Part shown: in pieces, positions 36,781-49,597 of the stretch
How positions within the stretch are numbered: position 1 is the first letter of the stretch
How the letters are laid out: each line of letters opens with the position of its first letter
DNA from: Octopus sinensis
Taxonomy: Eukaryota
Assembly (NCBI RefSeq): GCF_006345805.1
Contig: NC_043020.1
Location: 5,208,001 to 5,272,000, forward strand
Length of the DNA stretch: 64,000 nucleotides
Direction: 5' to 3'
Made by a program: the position numbers and the translations under genes
The notes under the pieces: model-generated
Told to the model about the DNA's origin: nothing
Databases searched by the model: none
Seen by the model: only the letters and a program-made list of their open reading frames with translations

Positions 36781-37891
36781 TCCAAGTCTTTTTTTTTATC
36801 ACTATTAGAATATTCTCTGATATACTCCTCTCTCCTTTGTCTTCAGCTCAATGATTTCTTCTTTATTGCCCACAAGGGGGCTAAACATAGATGGGACAAG
36901 CAAGGATAGACAAAGGGATTAAGTCGATTATATCGACCCCAGTGCGAAACTGGTTCTTAATTTATCGATCCCAATAGTTTTTTTTTCTTAAACAGGCACT
37001 GGAGTAAATTCATTTGGTTAAAAATTCTTCAAAGCAGTGCTCCAGCATGGCCACAGTCTAATGATTGGAACAAGTAAAATAATATGCATATAAGAATTTA
37101 GCAACTCAACTCTGAAAGAATTCTTTTTTGGAACACTGAAAATTGAAGGAGATAAAATTGTAAATAAGTGAGCAAAAACTGTATTTAAAAACACTTTTGA
37201 TTACAAAACATCAAAGGCTGCCGGTGGGATATGAACACCACCCCTGTAATGTTTACAGAGGTTTCTTTGTGCCCCATAGGCTGCTTTCGATTTTTACTGG
37301 CCAAACTGGTTCTTTGACACACTATTTACATGCCTTTTCTATAGCCTTAACTATTTCAACTTTAACCATTTCATATATATTAGTTAACAATCTCATTATA
37401 AATGTGGAGGCACATGGCCTAGTGGTTAGAGGGATCGTGGGTTCGAATCTCAGACCGGGCGATGTGTGTGTTTATGAGCGAAACGCCTAAGCTCCGGCAG
37501 AGGGTAATGGCGAACTTCTGCTGACTCTTTTGCCACAACCTTCTCTCACTCTTTCCTCCTGCATCTTGCAACTCACCTGTGACGGACCGGCGTCCCGTCC
37601 TGGTGGGGAACTTATACGCCAAAGAAACCGGGGAAACCAGCCTTTATGAGCCAGGAATGGCTTGAGAAGGAACAAACAAATCTCATTCTAAGTAGAATCA
37701 ACAAAATCTAAACATATTCAAACCAAAATAACAAAGAATACTCTCTACCCATTTCAACTAACTCACGTGTGGTAAGAAGCTTGCTTCCCAACCATATGGT
37801 CCTGGGTTCAAGTGTCGTCTACTATAACCTCAGGCCAACCTAAGCCATGTAAGTGGATTTGGTAGACGGAAACTGAAAGAAGCCCGTCGTG

Positions 37892-37926
<35 letters not shown>

Positions 37927-39239
37927 GTGTGTGTGTTTGTCTGCCCTGCCCATCGCTTAACAAACCAATTCAGCAGAAGAGACCAATAGAGTAAGTTCGA
38001 GGCTGACAGAGGATAAGTCCAAAGGTCGATTTCTTTGACTAAAAGGTGGTGCTCCAGTATGGCCACAGAAAAATGACTGAAACAAGTAAAAGAATAAGCA
38101 AATAATAATTATTCAAATTCTGACGACCCCCAACCCACCACCTTTTTCATTATATATATTATTTACACATACACACATGGCAGGCTTCAGTACAGTTTCC
38201 TCTGCTAAACAGTTCAATTACACAAAAATAACAAAAATGAAAATAAATTCAAATTTTTCTTTATCTTTCTTTTTCCTTCTGTTGAATCACTAATTTAATT
38301 TATTTGGTCTTCAGTCTTTTTATTATTTTTTTTTGTTTTTGATTATTTTTTTAATTATTAATATTTCTTTTCTTTTTTTTTTAAACTTGGTAAAGAAATA
38401 TTTAAAAAAAAACAAAAAAATTAAGCAACAAACACTAGTAGTGTGGGTGGTGGTGGTGGTGGTGGTAGTGGATGGGTGGGTGCTGGCAACGGTGGTGGTG
38501 GTGGTCGCAGTGGGGGTTTGAGGTGGGGGTCGAGGAAGAGGGGTGTGGGGCCTAAAGTTCGTAAAAATAAACAACAGTCTGAACTGTCAAATTGTCTGTT
38601 TTTGCTGACTTCATGATTTGTAAAATAAAAATAAAAATAAAATAAAATAAAAAAACAACCATGGCAAGCAAAAAAAAAAAAACTAAGGACCCCTCCCCTC
38701 CCACGTCTTTTTTTGTCTTTTTAAGGGATTTTAAAGAGATCTCTTTTCAAGGCAGAAAAAGAGAATTATCAAAAAAAAAAAAAAAAAAATTTTTTTAAGT
38801 TGTCATGGTTAATGCCACACCTGAAATTTAGGGATTTTAAGAAATTTAAGAAATTCTAAGAAATTTAAAGAAATTTAGGGATTTAAAAAAATTTTAAGAA
38901 ATTTAAGAATTTTAAGAAATTTTAAGAAATTTAGGGATTTCAAGAAATTTAAGAAATTTAAAGAAATTTAGGGATTTTAAGAAAGAAAGGAAAATGGTAG
39001 CCCCATGTCACAGTCCACAACCGAAGGCAGCACTCAAAAATGGCTTCTACATTTGGTGCTACTACCATTACAACTACTACTACTACTCCTACTGCCATAT
39101 TTGGCAATGGCATCAGCCACTGCTAACTCTATGACTGCAACTATAAGGCGGGTCTGTTTAAATGCTTCCTATAATGATGCGACTACTTTTTTTTCTTAAC
39201 CCTGTTACCATTTACAACAGATGATTGTGAAATATTGTG

Positions 39240-40170
39240 TAATAATGCATGACCACTATTGCTATATAGTGTTATTTTGTTAGCCCAGTTGTTGTCAATG
39301 AGGTGTGTTAGCCCTTTTTTGGTGAGTTTTGTTAACCCTGTATTAGGTGAATTTTGGTAGCCCCCGCTGTAAGTGAATTTTGTTGGCCCTGTTGTAATGA
39401 GATGCATTAGCCCTTTGTTGTTGTTGAGTTTTGTTAACCTTGTATAAGGTGAACTTTTGTAGCCCCCCCCCCTGTCAGTGCATGCTGTTAGCCCTGTTGT
39501 TGTAATGAGGTGCGTTAGCCCTTTGTTGTTGGTGAGTTTTGTTAGCCCCCTACTTGAATTTTGGTAGCCCCATTGTCAGTGCATACTGTTAGCCCTGTTG
39601 TTGTAATGAGGTGCGTTAGCCCTTTGTTGTTAGTGAGTTTTGTTAGCCCCCTACTTGAATTTTGGTAGCCCCATTGTCAGTGCATACTGTTAGCCCTGTT
39701 GTTGTAATGAGGTGCGTTAGCCCTTTGTTGTTGGTGAGTTTAGTTAGCCCCCTACTTGAATTTTGGTAGTCCCATTGTCAGTGCATACTGTTAGCCCTGT
39801 TGTCAGTGAGTTTTGTCAGCCCTACTATCAGTGAGTTTTACAAGCCCCATTGTCAAGGCATTTTGTTAGCCCTGCTATCAGTGAGTTTTGTTAGCCCTGT
39901 TGCCAGTGAATTTATTATCCCTGTTGTCAGTAGACTGTTTGTTAGCCCTGCTGTCACTGAGTTTTGTTTGCCCTGATGCCAGTGACTTTTGTTAGCCCTG
40001 TTGCGAGGGCTATCGCTACAGTTTGTTAGCCTCATTGCCAGTGAATTTTGTTACCCTTATTGCAACTGAGGTTTGTTAGCCCTGTTATCAGTGAGTTACT
40101 TCAGTTGTCAATATTGTTAGCCCTGCTGCCAGTAGTTTTGTTAGCCCTGTTATCAGTGAATTCTGTTGAC
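39240..40170. repeat. gttagccc-based minisatellite with a 101-bp higher-order unit
   Basis: Units start at 39487, 39588, 39689 and 39790; degenerate ~20-25-bp subrepeats on both sides. Confidence 0.85.
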
Positions 40171-41255
40171 CCAATTTTTTTTTACACCCACACTAACATG
40201 TCCATGTTATCCCAGCCCTACCAGAAATCTCTTGTAGACGACACTGCAAGAAGGGGTCAAATAGATCCTATTCCTGAAATCCTGACCCTGCCAAAAAAAA
40301 AAAATGAAACAAAGATAATAAATGATAAAGGACACTGTGAAAGGTACAAAGTGAAATCCTTAGCCCAGAAGAAAAATCCTAATTATAGGGCGAATTTGTG
40401 TGGGTTAAGTGCACCAATAATTGAAACTGGAAAGTTTAGTGGTAGGAATTTTTTGCATCAATTTTATGTGTGTATATATATATACTTTGTGTATTAAGGC
40501 TACCATTTGTTTCATGTTATAAATACCTTAACAATTATCAAGCCTATCACATCGGTGTTCGCCTCCGATGTTCCATGTGATACACTTAATAATTGTTCAA
40601 GCCTTACTTAACATGAAACCAATGGTAGCCTTAATACACCAAACAGAGAATCTTTAGCCACCAATGTGGTGTTGAGTACTCGTTCTCATTGTTTGATATC
40701 TACATATATGGATAGATGGATGTATGAAGCACTGGTATGTATGTGTGGTGAGGACGTTTGCTTCACAAGCAAACTGTTTTTGTCCAGGGAACTGTGGGGT
40801 TCCTTGGGCAAGTGCGGACAAGGATCTGGATTATTTTTCTGTTTTTTTTCTTTTTACTTAAGTTTTGAGAGTAGTCGGGTTCATTTTTAGTATTCTCATT
40901 TGTGAGAGCAGTAAAGTTTATTTCAGATATTCTTGTTTTAAAAATCAACTCTGGCTAATCATTGAGAGGACATTGATGTTGCCTTGGCAGAGGTTTGTGC
41001 TCTCTGAGTGCTCTTATCATTATTATTATTATTATTATTATTATTAGCTGGCAAACTCACACAATCAGTATATCAGACAAAATGCTTCACAATATTTATT
41101 CTGTCCTTTATGTTCTGAGTTCAAATTCTGCAGCGATTGACTTTGCCTTTCATCCTTTCAGGGTCGATGAAATAACTCAGGTACCAGGGTCACTGTAATT
41201 GACGGGCCCACTACCCCCAAATTTCAGGCCTTGTGCCTATAGCAAAAAAAAGTAC

Positions 41256-41287
<32 letters not shown>

Positions 41288-43835
41288 GGAGGTGGTAAGC
41301 TGGCAGAATCATGAGCAAGCTGGACAAAATGTTTAGCAGCATTTATTCTGGTTTCACATTCTGGGTTCAAATTCTACCTTTCATCCTTTTAGGGGGTTGA
41401 TAAAATAAGTACCAGTCAAGTTCTGGGGTCAATATAACCAACTTCTCTTTTACCTTAAGACTGCCAATCTTAGGTCAAAATCAGAATGGGTCATTATTAT
41501 TATTGTTGTTGTTATTGTTATTGAAGGTGGGGAGCTGACAGAATTGTTAGCATGGCAGGCAAAATATGCTCAGTGATATTTCACATGTCTGTATTTTCTG
41601 AGTTCAAATTCCACCGAGTTCAACTTTGCCTTTCATCCTTTTGGGGTCAATAAATTAAATATCAGTGAAACACTGGGGTTGGTGTAATCAACTAGTCCCC
41701 TCCCCACAAATTTGAGGCCTTGTGCCTATAATAGAATGGATTATTATTATTATTAGTGCCAGTAGTAGTATTACTCTTACTGGTTTCAGTTATTTGAGTG
41801 TGGCCATGCTGGAGCACCACCTTTAGTCGAACAAATCGACCCCAAGACTTATTCTTTGTAAGCCTAGTACTTATTCTATTGGTCTCTTTGCCGAACCACT
41901 AAGTTATGGAGACATAAACACACCAGCATCGGTTGTCAAGCAATGCTAGAGGGACAAACACAAGCATATGCACACACACATACATACATGTCGCCATAAT
42001 AGATCGTTAGCCACTACACACATTTTTTTCTCTCCTTGTTTTTTCTGTGTCCCTTTCTGTAGAAGAGCATAGGCTCGAAATGTAAAAGACTTTTTCTATT
42101 CCTGAGCGTTATACTAATACATCTGTTTGTTTTGTACACCACCTGTCTTCGTCTTTTGTTTTTTTCGTAAACTTTCCCCATACATATACATACATATATC
42201 CAATGGGCTTCTTTCAGTTTCTGTCTACCAAATCCACTCACAAGGCTTTGGTCTGCTGGAAGCTATAGTAGAAAACACTTTCCTAAGGTGCCACGCAGTG
42301 GGACTGAACCCGGAACCATGTGGTTGGTAAGCAAGCTACTTACCACACAGCTGCTCCTGTGCCTATTAGTAGTAGTTTGTAACCAACTAGCCCCACTCCC
42401 TTCCCAAATTTGAGGCCCTGTGCCTGTAGTCAGAAAGGATTGGTATAACAGAGTCGAAAGAATTGTTAGCATGGGAAACAAAATGCTTAGCATTTTGTCC
42501 ATCTTTAATTCTATTGACCCCCTTTTATCCTTTTGGGGGTCAACAATAAGTACCACTTCAGAGCACAAAATTTTTGGGGAGGTGGCCAGTCAATTAGATC
42601 GACCACAGTACACAACTGGTACTTAATTTATCGACCCCTAAAGGATGAAAGGCAAAGTCAACCTCAGCAGAATTTGAACTCAGAACGTAAAGACAGATGA
42701 AATACCTATTTCTTTACTACCCAAAAGGGGCTAAACACAGAGGGGACAAACAAGGGCAGACAAACGGATTAAGTCGATTATATCGACCCCAGTGCGTAAC
42801 TGGTACTTATTTAATCGATCCCAAAAGGATGAAAGGCAAAGTTGACCTTGGCGGAATTTGAACTCAGAATGTAACGGCAGACAAAATACTGCTACGCATT
42901 TCACCCAGCATGCTAATGTTTCTGGCAGCTCGCCACCTTTAAATATTACTTTTTTCTGCTCTAGGCACAAGGCCCAAAATTTTTGGGGAGGGGGCCAGTC
43001 GATTAGATCGACTCCAGTACACAACTGGTACTTAATTTATCAACCTTGAAAGGATGAAAGGCAAAGTCGACCTCAGCGGAATTTGAACTCAGAACCTAGA
43101 GACAGATGAAGTACCTATTTCTTTACTACCAACAAGGGGCTAAACACAGAGGGGACAAACATGGACAGACAAACGGATTATGTCGATTACATCGACCCCA
43201 GTGTGTAACTGGTACTTAATTTATTGACCCCGAAAGGATGAAAGGCAAAGTCGACCTCGGCGGAATTTGAACTCAGAACGTAAAGACAGATGAAACACCG
43301 CTAAGCATTTTGCCTGGCGTGTTAACGTTTCCGCCAACTTGCTGCCTTAGGAGTAATAATAATAATAATATAGGGTGAAGACGGGAAACTGGCAGTACAG
43401 CTAGGGCACTAAAAAGAGCTCCTTACAATATCTGTTCCAGTTCTTTGGGTTGAGAGTTCAATTCCTATCAAGGTAAATTTTTTCCCATCATCCTTTGCAG
43501 TATTAATGAAGGAAAATACCAATTTAGTCCAATGGTTTGGGGTGCAATTGTAAATATGTAAAATAAAAAAGAAAAAAAAAACAGTGTAGACGAGAGGGGG
43601 TAGAATATAGGGGTGGTTAGGGAAAAGCTATTGTATGTTAATTTGGGGGTGGATTAAGAAAATGTAATATTACGCATCAGACATGCTTATACACATATAC
43701 ACACACCATGTGTGTGTGTGTGTATGGAAGCAGCTGTGTATGTGCATGCATGTTTGTGTGGCTGCATGGTAATGTGTGTGTGTGTATACAAGTGTGCTTG
43801 TATGTATGTACATGCATGTTTGTGTTTATGTCTGT

Positions 43836-43868
<33 letters not shown>

Positions 43869-45468
43869 ACACACAGAGATTTTGAAACAAAGTATTTTTT
43901 AGAAATCACAGAAAACCAGCAAAAACAACAAAAGCAAAAAACAAAACAATAACAACAAACAAACAAGTAAACACAAAACTCCTACATAAATGCTCGACCT
44001 GTCAGACGAAGCATAAATATATAATCTTGCATTTTAAAATGCAATATTATATATTTATATGTTTTGTAGTTTAACTTTGGTTGTGAAATGAAACGATTGT
44101 AGGTGAAGATGTTAATAAATTTGTATCCAGTAGATCTCTCCGTTTTCAAACTTAACAATAATATTTGATATTTTATATAATACTAGCAGTATCGCCCGGC
44201 GTTGCTCGGGTTTGTAAGGGAAATAACTATATAAGCATTTTTAGAGAGTTACTTCCCTTTTATAAACCAAGCAAAAAATGCATTAAAAATGATGGAAATT
44301 TTTTTTTAAATCGTAGACATGCACTAATACCCAGAAGGGCTCGATATGAATCACGACTATAAGATACCCGCTTTTGGTTAAACTGCACCGCAAAATGTGG
44401 GAGTAGTTAGGAATCTAAATCGGAGTAGACAGACTCTCACACAACTTCATTTTTATATATAAAGATATTCATTGAATTATCTCCTTCAAAATACAATATA
44501 TTAAACCAGTTTATCTTAGATAAAAATATCCCTATAAGAGTTTTAAATATCCTAATTGTGGCTATATATATACACACAAATTTATTACCATTTATGTGTG
44601 TGTGTGTGGGTGTATTTGTCAATGTGTCCTAATATGTGTGTCAGTGATACTGTGTATGTGTGTCACTATAGAATTGGTTAACATTGGTTGATAATAGTGA
44701 TGTCTGTTTACTTCTCTTGTAAGCAATATATCCTGGAGACTGGCAGTTTTGGCATTGTGTGACAATGGTCAATGAGTGTCACTGACATAATAAAAGCAAG
44801 GTCATTCATTTGCAATCTCCCATGGCCATGGGGGGGGGGGAGAATATTACTTTGCTTGGAAAACAGGTAAGGGTTGGTGACAGGAAGGGCATCCGGCCAT
44901 AGGAAAACCTGCTTCAGCAAACCTCATCTTCTCCCCCTTCTTCCTTGTTCATTTTCTACTCTTTCTCCTCTTACCAATTTTTTTTCTTTCTCTTTTCTTT
45001 TCATTTGTTTCTCCTCCTCTCTAGAAGAAATCCTCTCCAATCAAACTGAGAGAGGAAAGGGCTCTGTCAGGGTTAACCTTAACACAACACACTTCATAGA
45101 TCAGAGACACCATGGCACTGTGACACCCTTAACCACCATGATGCCACCAAGGACACTAAGGGTTCCAACCAAGGCAAGAGTATGATGATTTGAAGAAAAC
45201 TTGGCTGTTATTTCTAGTAAGTCAAGATACCACAAGAGACTTTCCTTTTTTTGTCATATATATCATTATGTAACTCCTTTGACAGGTGCCAGGGGTAGTG
45301 GTACTGGTGATGGACAAGTGGAACAGGGTATTCTCCACCCTGATTCCATCCACTTCTTTAGATATATGCATCACACAGGTAGAACGGAAACCTCCTGTGG
45401 TGCCAGCCAGCAGTTTGGTGGTTGGTATGGAACCCAGGAATTGTATTTGTAATAAAACTTGGGAGCTG

Positions 45469-45499
<31 letters not shown>

Positions 45500-47320
45500 A
45501 GAGGCAGTGTATATGAAAATGTGTAGTGTGCGTTCACCAATGTACGTGTGTGTGTGTGTATCAGGCAGTGTATATGAAAATGTGTAGTGTGCGTTCAGCA
45601 ATGTACGTAGGTGTGTGTGTGTGTGTGTGTGTATCAGGCAGTGTATATGAAAATGTGTAGTGTGCGTTCAGCAATGTACGTAGGTAGGTAGGTAGGTAGG
45701 TAGGGGTGGTGTGTGTGTGTGTGTGTGTGTGTGTGAGGCAGTGTATATGAAAATGTGTAGTGTGCGTTCACCAATGTACGTGTGTGTGTGTGTGTGTGCG
45801 TGCGTGTGCGTGTGTGTTTGTAAGTCAATGCATATGTGAATGTGTGCGAGTCAATGTGTGTGTGTGTGCATGTGAGAGATAGAGTTACAGAAGTTTTTTA
45901 ATCAGAAATATATATATATATATTTTTTTTTTTCATCTAGTTTCAGCTCATGAGCTGTGGCCATGCTGGGGCACCGCCAAGATGCCACCAAGGACACTAA
46001 GAGTTCCAACCAAGACAAGAGTATGATGATTTGAGGGAAACTTGGCTGTTATTTCTAGTAAGTCAAGATACCACAAATGACTTTCTTTGTCATGTATACC
46101 ATTATCTAATTCCTTTGACAGGTACCAGGGGTAGTGGTAATGGTATATAAGCATCAAATTGTATTTTAAAAAGAAAGTAACAAACGAATTAATTTAATAA
46201 AAATATTAATTAAATGTTAATTAAATATTAATAATACTAATTATCCCCTCCTCAATAAATAAAGACAGCCAGAATTAACATAAAAATATTTCATAACGGC
46301 CCTCACCCCATCCCACCCCACCCCACATAACACAAAATACAAGATGTCACAAGGCTTGTGACAGATTCCCACAATTCATTGATTGATGCCAAAAGGAAAA
46401 AAAAACAAAAAAAAAAACAGAACAGAGATGGAGTGGGGTGGGGGTCTTTACATTCCTGCCTTTGCCCTCCCCCCCTCCTCCAAAACAGAAAATTTACTTT
46501 CAAGCATCAGTTTAACAAATAACATGTCTACAGACCTACAACTACATAAAAAAATAAAGATAATAATAATAATAATGGCTTCAAATTTTGCCCCAAGGGC
46601 AGTCATTTTGGGGTGAGGGGATAAGTCAATTACATCAACCCCCAGTGTTTCCCTGGTATTTAATTTGTTGACCCAGAAAGGACAAAAGGGTAAAGTTGAA
46701 CTCAGTAGGATTTGAACTCAGAACATAACGACTAAGTATTTTGCCCAGTATGCTCATGATTCTGCCAGCTCACTGCCTAAATAATAATAATAATAATAAT
46801 CCTTTCTCCTATAGGCACAAGGCCTGGATTTTTGTGGGGAGGGGCACAATCGATCACAACGCTGCCAGTACTTGACTAGTACTTAATTTATCGACCCTGA
46901 AAGGATGAAAGGTAAAGTAGACCTTGACGGAATTTGAACTCAGAACATAGCGACAGGCGAAATACCGCTAAGCATTTAGCCTGGTGTGCTAATGGTTCTG
47001 CCAGCTCACCACCTTAATAATAATAATAATAATAATAATAATGATAATAATAATAATAATAATGATAATAATAATAATGGGTTCAAATTTTGCCAGAAGA
47101 GAAGCAATTTTGGGAGAAAGGATGAGTCAATAACATTGACCCCAGTGTTTCACTGGTACTTTATCGACCCTGAAAGTTTGTAAGGCAAAGTTGACCTTGG
47201 TAGAATATGAACCCAGATTCTAAAGCCAGAAGCAATGTTGCTAAGCATTTTTGACCAATTCTCTAATGATTCTGCCAGACTGTTGCCTTAATAATAATAA
47301 TAATAATAATAATCGTAGTA

Positions 47321-47356
<36 letters not shown>

Positions 47357-48477
47357 GTTCTAAATTTTGGCAAAAGGACAGCAGTTTCAGAGAAAGTGGC
47401 AAGTCAAATGCTTGACTGGTACCAATTTTATGAACCCCGAAAGGATGAAAGGCGAAGCTGACTTCAGTGGAGTTTGAACTCAGAATACTGCAAAGCATTT
47501 TGCCCAGTGTGCTGACAATTCTGCCAGTTCACTGCCCTTGTAATAATAATAATAATAATGATGATAATAATCTTTTCTACTAAAGGCACAAGGCCTGAAA
47601 TTTTGGGAGGAGGAGACTAGTCAATTACATCGACCCCTAGTGTTTCACTGGTACTTAATTTATTGACCCCGAAAGGATAAAAGGCAAAGTCGACCTAGGT
47701 GGGATTTGAACTCAGAAAGTAAGGCCTGACAAAATACCACTAAGCATTTTGACTACAAGCTAACGATTCGGCCAGCTCGTCTTAAATATATAAGAAGAAA
47801 AAAGACAAAGAAATCATTAAAACAAATAAAAGGAAACTTACTATTATAATTATTTTTATTGTTGCACTGAGGTCGACTTTGCCCTCCACCCTATCAGGAT
47901 CGATAAAATAAGTACCAGTCGCGTGCTGGGGTTTTGGTAAGCAACTTAACTCCTCTCCCGAAATTGCTGGCCTTGTGCCAAAATTTAAAATTATTATTAT
48001 TATTATTATTATTATTATACACTAATGCTTATGCAATTAGGTTGCCCTTGTGGCTAATAAATTTACTGTCGGGTGTGAAGAACCATGTTTGGATGAAAAA
48101 AAAACAATGTTGTTGTTGGTATTGTTGTTCTTGTTATTGCATGCATATTTATTCAATGTAGAGGTTTTAAGTTGTTTGTTGTTTTTGTTTATTTGTTACC
48201 AAATCCTGAAAAGCAAAAAAAATTGTTTTTACGAAGCTTTTAGTTTCACATTTTATAAATTGTTCCAAGTAAAAATTCCAGTGGATTTCATTACCATTCC
48301 AACAAGTTTGGAATTATTTTAGATGTTACGAACTTTTCTCTCCAAAATATGCAGTAGTTTGATGTGCCTTTATACACAAATATATAAACACAGAGATATA
48401 TAAAACAAACATATACATACATACATACATATATATATATATAAATAAAACATGTTATATATATAAAACAAACACAT

Positions 48478-48520
<43 letters not shown>

Positions 48521-48570
48521 AATGCATTATGTGTGTGTGTGTGTGTTATATATATATATAAAACAAACAT

Positions 48571-48603
<33 letters not shown>

Positions 48604-48622
48604 TATAAAACAAACACATTAT

Positions 48623-48682
<60 letters not shown>

Positions 48683-48849
48683 ATATATATACACACACAA
48701 AACAAATGCATTATATATATTCATATATATACACATATTTATACATATAAAACAAATGTATTTTATATATATTATATATATATATACACACACACACACA
48801 TACATGTAAAACAAATGCATTATATATATGCCTACTACTACACTATATA

Positions 48850-48895
<46 letters not shown>

Positions 48896-48902
48896 TATAT
48901 AC

Positions 48903-49222
48903 ACAGTGTACATTTAAACACATAAGAAGCAGCCATCATAGGACTACCTACATGCTAGAGAGGACAGTTAAATTCCGAACCACTGCTAGAGATAATATAT
49001 TTAATCTAAGGTGTACCTGCTGAAGAAGGCTTTGCCTAGCAAATTATTTTATTTGCAAAAAAAAAAAAGTCTGAAACCATTGGTCCAGGAGTTAGATGGT
49101 AAGTGTTTTTATTTTTCATTCCCTTCGATTTTTATCTCTAACAGTGGTTCGGAATTTAACTGTCCTCTCTAGCGTGTGGGTAGTCCTATGATGGCTACTT
49201 CTTATGTGTTTAAATACACTGT
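48903..49222. mobile_element. ~320-bp element with ~90-bp inverted arms enclosing a hammerhead
   Basis: 48903-48995 is the reverse complement of 49132-49222 apart from 4 transitions and a 2-nt indel; flanked by TA microsatellites. Confidence 0.8.
49004..49097 (+). ncRNA. Type I hammerhead ribozyme with canonical core
   Basis: CCTG-CTGAAGA-AGGCTTT...AAAGTCT-GAAA-CCATTG-GTC-CAGG, plus distal stem I pairing ATCTAA (49004-49009) / TTAGAT (49092-49097). Confidence 0.8.
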
Positions 49223-49319
49223 ATTTATATGAATGATATATAGTCTATTGACTAAATTCTTACACGCTAGGCCACTGCTAATGGACATTTCTAATATCTC
49301 TGATTACCCTTTGATATTA

Positions 49320-49365
<46 letters not shown>

Positions 49366-49382
49366 ATATATGTGTGTGTGTG

Positions 49383-49426
<44 letters not shown>

Positions 49427-49429
49427 TGT

Positions 49430-49467
<38 letters not shown>

Positions 49468-49566
49468 GTGTATATATGTATGTGTGTGTGCGTATATATA
49501 TATGTCTGTGTGTGTGTGTATATATATGTGTATATATATATTTATATGTGTGTGTGTGTGTGTATG

Positions 49567-49597
<31 letters not shown>

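Noticed and set aside
36740-36790. CTGATGA near the end of the Penelope-like fossil (minus strand)
   Set aside because: No properly placed stem II/GAAA/NUH, so it is not called a hammerhead.
40190-40290. Possible minus-strand exon (DLFDPFLQCRLQEIS) with splice-like signals
   Set aside because: No recognisable homology and no partner exons identified.
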